From: Paraspadella gotoi | Lineage: Eukaryota; Animalia; Chaetognatha | Length of the DNA: 64,000 nucleotides | Assembly (NCBI GenBank): GCA_051294375.1 | Contig: CM119263.1 | Location: 26,068,436 to 26,132,435 of the forward strand | Direction: 5' to 3' | Part shown: positions 45,582-55,300 of the stretch, piece by piece | How positions within the stretch are numbered: position 1 is the first letter of the stretch | How the letters are laid out: every line of letters starts with the position of its first letter | Translations under genes and position numbers: made by a program | The notes under the pieces: model-generated | What the model was told of the DNA's origin: nothing | The model's input: the letters and a program-made list of their open reading frames with translations, nothing else | Databases searched by the model: none

Positions 45582-48507
45582 ACTTAATGTTAGAAAGCAA
45601 AATTTATTGATTGTCAAACCGCTGATGAAGGCTCGAACAAGAGTCGAAACATGTCAAAATCTATTATCTAATACAATTCGTTAAAAAACCAAATCATAAT
45701 TGTTAAAATTTTTATCTGGGATTCGAATTCCTTGCAAAAAGTTGATATAAGAAAATATAATTTTTATTTAAAAAATATGTCATTAAGTTGGTCAAAATTT
45801 ATAAAAACTATAATTGTAAGCTAAAAATGATAAAATTAAACAAAAATCATAGTTTTTAACATAATTTGTTAAAATAGATTTTACTTTCTCATCTCAACTT
45901 TTTACAAGAAATTCAAAACCGGTTTTAAAATTTCAAAATTGTTATTTTTTCACTTTAACCTTTTTTTTACTATCTAGGAAAAAATTAAATCACATAATTG
46001 GTGTAAAGTTCATTTATTTAATAAAAAATATACAAAATATGGGCAAAATATTCTTAATATTTGGTATACCTTCCCTCAGCATCGATTTCATCCTGCATTT
46101 GTCTGGGCATACTCTCGTACAGCGAATTGAGTATGACAGTAAAATGTTTTACACGATTCTTTTAAGCCTTGACTTCGATGTTACGCGTATTTCCTTTTTT
46201 TATGTCACCTTTATAAACCAAAAAAAGGTGCGCTGCCTTTGGCATTCCTAAATTTTAAAAAAATTAAAAAAGTAACTAACTCAATTAACTAAAAACAAAT
46301 AATTTAATACCAAAAAAAGTAAAAAAACTAAATATGATTTTTTCCGTCATTTTTTATTTGAGGTAGCAATCTTTTTTTGCCTTTAACTAAAACGAACAAG
46401 TTTTCGAGTAGATATCCTCTACTAAAAATATGATATACTTTTTTCCTAGATGGTATTACTAATTATTAATAAATATAGCTAACAAGCTGTTAATAACATA
46501 TAAAATATATAAATAAACTTACTGAAATATTTTTATGGGTATTTATTTTTATATTATATAAGCTAAATATGAATTTTATAAAACTTTAATAATTTGAGTT
46601 TCTCATACTAAACGATGTTTGCGCCATTTTAATAGCACCATATATGCTTCAAAAATCGCTATTTGCGACAAGGAAGATAAAACTATACAAAAAAATGGTT
46701 ATCATCATCGAATTCTTTAGGCCTTATTACATTAAAATAATAATGAATGGAATTAAATATCTTATATTTTAATATCTTTGAATGCTCTAATATATATGAT
46801 TCAAATTCAAATATTTATCATTTAAAATTTTTTTGAAATATTGAATTTGTTTCAGTAATGATAACCTAATTAATAATAAATAATTAATATATAAGAATCC
46901 GGGAAAAACTAATTTAAAATGGCTAATCAAAGTTATTTTTTGATTTAAAATGTTAATGCAACTTGTTTTACCTTAATCTGACAGGCTACTGCTTCAAAAA
47001 AGGGTACAACTTTGAAATAGTTGGCAAAGTTGATCTGAATGGTTTGAGCTGAGCTTCCTTTCAAAACACAACATTGGTCGGTGCAACTATGTTTGGATTC
47101 ACCATAGTCTCTACGATTATCTCGGACATCAGATTCCGTTAGTTTGCAAAATGTGTCATCAAGTAGTGGTTTAACTGGAAGTATTTGGAAGAATCATTAA
47201 TTAGCACAACACATGAAGGACAATTCTTATTCAATTTAGGTGGGTTTACCACATCCACATCCAGTCTCTCTAACTAGCAAAAAGAAGCATTTCAAAAACT
47301 TTCAACTTGTAAATACTTGATGTATTATATATATGTAGTCGGGCATTGCCTATGTTCACCGCGCCTATAAGCATAAAACCTTCAGTTGTGATCCGGTGGC
47401 TCATTGAGTAAAGCTTTCAGCTCATGACCACTAGGTATCGGGTTCAATCCCAACCCGATACATACCCTGCGGAAAGCGTGAGGTCGGACGTAAACCACCT
47501 TGGGGGCCAAACCTGGTTCCAAGCCCAGGGCCCGTATCATTGTTGCTGAGGGGGTATTAAAGTTATGAATAGTAGTCTTCAGCCTACTTATCGCCTTATC
47601 CACATATATACTGTGTTATATGTTATTTATATACACTTATTTGTAAAAGTTTTAAACTTACAATTACTGCAAGTTGGACCATAGCGATATCCCACACAAT
47701 GGCATTGGTGATAATTGGGAGCTTGAAATGTCCCCTTACATGCAGATTCATTAAAGCAAGGATTTGGACTGCAAGCATCTGAAATGTAAAATCAATTACA
47801 TAGAAAACTTAAAGACCATCAGTCTAAGAGACTTTAAATGCACAAAAGCCTTTTTACCACTGGGAAGCTGACGGTGATATTGAAAGGTGATTAAATTAAA
47901 ATATATTTTGAGAAAAATTTTAAATTATGCAAAAAAAAAAAAAAAAAAAAAACAAAAGAAAAAAATCTTAAAAAAGACCAGCATAAATTTTTAACAGGGT
48001 TTGTGAGTGGTTGATTTTTCTCACTCTACCCTTAGCATATAGCTAGAAAAGAATGAGTCTATGATCCTTGCCAGTAGGATTGCAACTACACACTACAAAA
48101 AATACAGGTAAAAAAAAAATTAAGATAAAAATATAGGATATAATATCTAATTATATAGATTTTCTATCTAAAAAATGATGTTGATTAAAAAAATTCTAAA
48201 TTATATGGAATGATAGAAATTTAAGAAGAAAATGCTATTTGGAATGTTAGAAATTTAAACAAAAATTGCTATTTTGTGTAAAAGTAGGTGCAAAAGAAGA
48301 TCTAGTAGGTGCAGATAAATTTTATTATGTATGTTCCTTTGTTTCTTAAAAAAGAATAAGATATCTAGTAAATAATTTTTAAAACTTAATCAAAAGTGCT
48401 ATCTTATCTTACTGAATGCTCTTTTGTTTGGGGATTGTAAATAAAGCTTAAAATATAAAAAAACTTGAGTTTGTAGAGTCATCGCATGTACTGTTTAATT
48501 ATTGATT

Positions 48508-48558
<51 letters not shown>

Positions 48559-50858
48559 AGGTCAGAGTCTAACAATACAACCGGGATAAATCCCTGGACA
48601 ATTGAAACCTCAGTGTTCAGGAAACCAACTAATACGAATGTAATCATCAAGCCGCATACTGTTCAACTGACGAAGTTTAATATTTCTCCACTCATTATCA
48701 AGGCATATCTTAACTGATCGATATAAATTTTGAACATATAATGTACCGGTGCTTGTAAAATTGTTACCATGTAGGTGGTCAAAAAAGTTTAATAGTTATG
48801 ATAAAAGCATTTTATTTCACTATTTAAAGGAAAACCATACTTTTTAGGATTCAGTCAATTAATATTTTATTGGATCACCATTTGCTTTTAGAGGCTGCGA
48901 AAATATGAAAGGTTAAGTTCCTCCCAAATGTATTTTACAATTTTTTTTGATTTTGTCGATTATCGTAGCATTATACTGCAAAATATTATTTTTCATCCTT
49001 GACCAGACATTTTTTAGGGCGAACCTTCGAGCACCTTGATCCCGTTTTTTCATATTATTTTTGGATGGTTTCAGCTTTATATACAGGAGCTCCATCCTCC
49101 ATGAAAAACGACTGGCAATGATTTTTTTTCTTCTTCCTTTTAGATGGAGGTTTAAAGTTTAAACTTTTTTTGACCACATGTGTATTCTCCCAGAAGACGT
49201 ATATTCAATTAAATTAAATGAAGGATTAAATGTAAATCTTTTGAAAAACAGCTTATTTTTTATCATCCTTGATATAGAACCTTTAAATGAAATGCTACAT
49301 TCAGTATATAAACCTTTTTATCACTATAATTACTGTGGCTTTTTAACCTCAGTGACAACTTCTACAACCCTTCAGTATAAACTATTCATTTATCAACCTT
49401 ATCCCTGGAACCAGGAAAGAGTTGATGCGTGATCAGGAAAAGGATTCTTAAAGCTACTCAAAAAAAAGGCTAAAAACTTACCAATTTCGCATCCGGTCCC
49501 ATCGGTCATGTTATAGGGAGGGTAGAACCCGGCATTGCATGAACATACGCGACTGCCAACTGTGTTCGTGCAATTGGCGTTTGTTGGACACCCTCCATTA
49601 TTGACGAGACACTCGTCCGTGTCAATGCAAACGTAGGTGTTGATGTTGGTCACTTGCCCAGCACTAGTCTCATAACCATCATTACACGAACAAGATAAAA
49701 TGCCATTTCCATCTTGGTAGTTAAAGTTGCACGTAGCATTTGTCGAATCGCACCTGTACCCACCATCTTGGTTAACACAGGTGTAATCTGTGGTGCAACG
49801 GTTGTTGGCTGCATTTTCGCATTCATTGATATCATCACATTTGTCAGCTGTGACATTGTTTACATATCCCGGGGGACAAGTGCATTCAAATTCGCTGACA
49901 TTGGCTGGCTTTAAGCTGCACACACGTCTCGTCGTGATAGAATTGCAAGGATCGAAAGAGCAGGCATCTGGGTAGGTCAGATGGGTCAATTTTTTGTAAG
50001 GTTGGCAAACTTTTGATATTATTCTTTAAAAAAGAATTTTTACAATTTGTTGGCTCGTCTAATACCTATATATAAATCGGGATTGATGAGTCAACTTCTC
50101 CTAGTAATTATTGATAAACAACATAAGAAATAAAATAAATGAAGATTCTTAACATATTAAATCAAAAATAATAATAATAATAATAATAGAATATAACTAA
50201 AAATTTAATAATTTTAAAAAGAAGAGTCTGGTGAATTACTCAGTTCCCACCTCAAAATTTTTCTTAAAACAAAATAATTAGAGGTTCACCATTTGGTGAT
50301 GGCTCGACTATATCTGGATATTGGGATTAAAGAGCTGAAATCCATGAAGGATATAGGTTCCCAAATGATGACCTTGAAAATTATTTTGAACATTTGCGTG
50401 GCTCTTGGTATTTTCCTAGCCAGGTCTTTACCTAGTGACCCTACTCAGTACCACTCGACAGCAATATCCTCTCAGTCAATGACAAGCCAATGACCGGATC
50501 ACATTGGCAACGACCTACCTTTGTCCACCCAGGGGGGGCCAGCTCACTTTGAGCTCTTTCTTTTTTTAAATTTCACTTAACTCTTTACTTATCTATCCCT
50601 CACCACTTATCTCTCCATTTCAATTTTCATTAACTTATTCACATTTGTTATTTCAAATGTTAGATTAATCTTACGTTTTTCCAAATTTATCTATGTTGTA
50701 CATTATCAAATGTAACTATTTCTCTGTCTCTCTCTCTCTCTGTCTTTATCTCTCACACACACACATTTCACTATTTCAATTTAGCTTCTTCTTCTTCCAT
50801 GTCCTTACCTTCACCTGTCTTCACAACTGACCACTCTCCTTTCCTCAATTCTTTGCTG

Positions 50859-50901
<43 letters not shown>

Positions 50902-52345
50902 GCTCTCTCTCTCTCACAAACTCAATGTTTATTAAGAAATTTTGTTCAAAGCCAAACGCTGATGAAGACTCAAAACATAGAGTCGAAACATGTCTGTTAT
51001 TATTATGACAATAAAATCATTGTGATTAAACTTTCATTCGTTGTGTTTTGAGTTATTTGAGATTAAAGACAAAGTCTTGTTACATCAACGGTTTTATTTT
51101 ATGGTACATAAAATAAAATAAAATCGTTGATGTTACAAGACTTCGTCTTTAATCTCAAATGACAATAAAATCGTTGTTTTTGCAAAATAAAAAAAAGTTT
51201 TCCTAATAATTTTAAAAAAGAAGAGTTTGGTGAATTACTCAGTTCCCACCTCAAAATTTTTCTTAAAACAAAATAATTTAGAGGTTCACCACTATATCTG
51301 GATATTGGGATTAAAGAGACAAAATCCATGAAGGATATAGGTTCCCAACTTATGACCTCGGAAATTATTTTGAACATTTATAAAAAATATTAAAAAATAA
51401 ATAATAAATGTATTCAATTTAAAATATAAAAATAACATATTATGGCAACAGCCGGGTTGCCTGTGATGCCCATTGGGATGGGGCATCTCACTGTTGGCTT
51501 TGGGGGCTTCCGACCCTCAGTGACGCCTCCAGTCACTGGCGCGGTTACCCTAGGACGGTCTCGCTTTGCCAACGCAGAGGGAAGTCGTTAGGACTGTGGA
51601 TGGAACACTACGCCTTGGATGGTGAGTTCCCCCTCTGAGCCAATGGATTTGGCTGACGGATGGTGGACGTGAGGCGGTGTGAATATACCACCACAATATA
51701 ATATAAAATATTATCAAATTTATATCTAATATATAAAGACGCCCCTTTCTTTAAAAAGCTTTCCTCGGTATGTATCCCTATCAGAACACACAATTCTACT
51801 CTGTAGTCTTAACCCTCAATAATAACGAATCATAAATAGCCTTAATCCCATAAAAATTTTCCCCTCCACCCCTTTCTCTTCCGACTTTTAGATACTTTGA
51901 ATTTTCAATAAATGACTTCTTAACAAGAATGATGTCTAATATTTCAGTTAGAAAACTAGGGCAGAAAGTAACTTTTAACCTTGTGTTGTATAGATTACTT
52001 TCCAGCTATTTTTGACATTTTAATATAAGAATCAAAAATTAGAATTTACATATCGAGAAACTTTGGCCTTTTATGATTCATATTAGCTGTGTCTCATTAA
52101 AATACGACAAAAAATATGTTCTATGCAAAAGAAAATAAGTTTTCCAAAAAAAATGTTTCTTTCTTTTTTATATTTTTTATATATACACTTTTTTCATTTA
52201 TTCTACATTCCGGTTCTTTTTTATTACTTTTGAGTTAAACCGTTACTATTAAAAATCCCTGCCTTTTCTCAGTCTCATGTCAAATGGTTCGGCGAAATGC
52301 TCTTCGATGGACTTCGATGCCCCCTTGCCATATGACAGAGCAGTG

Positions 52346-52382
<37 letters not shown>

Positions 52383-55300
52383 GGCTGGATCGGGATCGAC
52401 ATAAACGACAACGATAATTTGAACGGACGGAATAATTGGATTAATTGTTGAGGGTTTCGGTTAGGGATAAGGTTAATTTAGGGAATAGATTTTAGGGATT
52501 AGGGTTAGGGTTTAGGGTTGGGATTAGGGATTAGGGTTAAGGATTAGGGTTAAGGATTAGGTTCTTTTTCCCGACGCTACTTTTGCAACAATAAAATTCT
52601 GGCTTGCTGGGTGACTCAGCGAGAAAAAGAATTAAGTCTCCGTCAGGATCGGGATCGACAGAAACGACGACGATAATTTGAACGATGGAGGAAGCAGCAG
52701 CGACGGTGAGAGCGACGACAAAAGGAGTGACGCATAAAACGACGATTGAAGCAGCAAAAGATATGATTATTGTGCGTGTGTTTGAGTCCGCTGCTTCAGG
52801 AGCCGCAGCAAGGGGGCTTCTTTGAAAAAAAGTGCCAATGGTTCTTGCATCATTTCCATTCGTATAGATTCGGGGATGAATCTTAATTCATATTTCAAAA
52901 AAAGAGCGGTATTAAAAATACATTGATGCTGTAGATGCTCCAGAATATTCTTTTTATATCGTAAAGTATCAATAAAAGTTATAAGGCTCTGGCTAACCTT
53001 TCTGTTAGCATTTTTATTTACCTCTGGATGTATTATCAGAACCAAGTCTAAAACAAATAAAAAAAAAAGGAAAATCAAAGAGTTTGTTGAAATAAAGATA
53101 ATACAACATTGTGGCAGCAAGACTTAAAGCTGCCTCACTGCTGCTCCGTCCTCAGCCTCTCTCAATGCTGAGCAGGCTAAATCATCTCATTCCATCCGTG
53201 CGTCCCGGGTTCAATCCCTGGGTATCCGGGTTCTGGCTTAAATGTGACGGTGCCGGTATAAACATGCCAGTGACAGGAGGTGGTCACTGAGGGTCCGCAG
53301 CCCCTACGCCAGTTGGTGAGATACCACGCGCCCGGGTACACAGGCTATCCTCCCGTTGCTATAAGTGGTGAGCCCTACTCTCGAACACGCAACCGCTGCG
53401 CACCGTGCGCCCACGCTTACGTCGCTTAGGGTATGCATATCACGCCTATGCCCTACTTCTCTGGTAACGCTCCAGACTCGCTCGCTCGCTCGCCCGCTCG
53501 CTCTCACTATGGCAATGAGATCAAAACCTTCTCTCAGACATCTCCTCAGGATTGAGGCCCCTGTGGAGAAGTCTGGTGGGGGATCCTGTGGCAGCAAGAC
53601 TTAAAGCTGCCTCACTGCTGTCCGTCCTCAGCCTCGTCTCAATGGCTGAGCAGGCTAAATCATCTCATTCCATCCATGCGTCCCGGGTTCAATCCCTGGG
53701 TATCCCGGTTCTGGCTTAAATGTGACGGTGCCGGTATAAACATGCCAGTGACAGGAGGCGGTCACTGAGGGTCCGCAGCCCCTACGCCAGTTGGTGAGAT
53801 ACCCGCGCCCCGGGTATCACAGGCTATCCTCCCGTTGCCATAACATCACATTATGCAGCAACAACTCAAGCCTGGTTTACTTTATAGGGGATCAATCATT
53901 TTTACTGCTTGCAAAGAACTATTTTTTGCCTTAAACCTGATAAAAAATATCATGTCAGAGATATACTATTAACAATAATGTGAGTAGTCCTCTTGATCAA
54001 AAAGAGGTGAAAACATTTGGAGACAAAAACTCTTTTGGAAGTATTTGTATGCATTAAATAATTTTATGCTATTGAGAAATAATATTTTTTTTCAGTCCTA
54101 GGGAGGTCATATTATATATTAAAACCTATTTACTGGCCAAAAAATATATTTGGTAATGAAATTAACCGACTTTTCCAACATTTTTTTTTCCATCATGGTC
54201 TATGTAAATGAAAAAAAAAATGAGTTTTACAATATCGCTTTTTTCTATTTAGTAATATCCTTATAAATTCATAAAATTTCAAATTTTTATTTTTCATTTT
54301 TAAGAAAAGATTGAGATTATTTAGTAAATATTTTATATGATATTTTAATGTTAAAGCCGCGAAAAGTGAATAAAACATTTTGTCATACAATTTTGTCACA
54401 CAATTGCTCAAGATGAATCTGATGATATTTCAGATGCCCATTTCAAATTATAGATAAAGGCTAAGCTCAATATTTAGCTTAAAATGTTTGTAAGTCGGGA
54501 GATTAGATATATTTTTCATAACTTACCAACTTCGCAATCATTTCCACTAAAACCCTTTTCGCATGCACATGCTGGTGTTGTTCCAAATATTCCATTTTCT
54601 TGAATAGTGCAATTACCCCTTCCACTGCAAGTTTTATTACAAACTGGTTGTCAAGGAGAGAATATTAGTTGTAAAATTGTTACAGTTTTTTATGCTGAAA
54701 CCTTAGGCTATATCCAAAGTGAAGAAACTGCATATATATATAATTATATATATATATATAAACTCTATATACTCACCCACATTTAAGTCAAAAGTCGCAT
54801 GAGCTCTTTTCAGAAATTCACAATGGAAATAGACACTGTAGCAGGGATTAAACACAATAGCCACGTTATTATCGAATGTCCTAATTGAGTTTGGGGCTGG
54901 GTTGTAAACTTGAAATACCGCAGTGAAGGTGATCGAAACATTGTCTTGAACCGTCTGTAACATAGGAGGAAGAAAAGAGTCATACCTTTCTGGAGGTCAA
55001 AGACTGGCTCTTCCGAGCTCCTACGTACATAGCAATAATATAATTATAATAATGGTTCTCAGATGTTTGTAAAAAAATAAGAACGTTGAGAAATAAAAAT
55101 CTGCTTAGTCCGTACAGTTGAGATCCATACAGGAATCGTAGTCCCTCATACTAGCATTGTTCACTATTTTGTCGCCAACTTAGGTAAGGCCGACTGGCGG
55201 GACGAGGGTGGAGAAAATATTGCCATAGCAAGTTTTTACATTTTACCCTTTTTATTACAGTATACTTAATTACTTATTAGTATTACTTATATTTTCTCTT

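Larger units (their letters stand above)
44935..45704 (+). mobile_element. Penelope-like non-autonomous element with an inverted copy of its 3' end
   Basis: 45201-45704 (CCAGCTCATTTTGAGCTC...CT-rich...hammerhead) is preceded by an inverted duplicate 44935-45200 of 45387-45704. Confidence 0.75.
44548..46787. mobile_element. TIR element with GAG...CTC termini and long imperfect subterminal inverted repeats, hosting the 45-kb hammerhead element
   Basis: TA|GAGCGTTCAAA...AAAATATAAGATAT vs ATATCTTATATTTT...TTTGAATGCTC|TA. A related left end starts at ~1730. Confidence 0.55.

Noticed and set aside
53304-53604. 97-aa and 79-aa ORFs inside the TRIM as possible gag remnants
   Set aside because: No gag or pol motifs; short ORFs are expected in GC-richer sequence.
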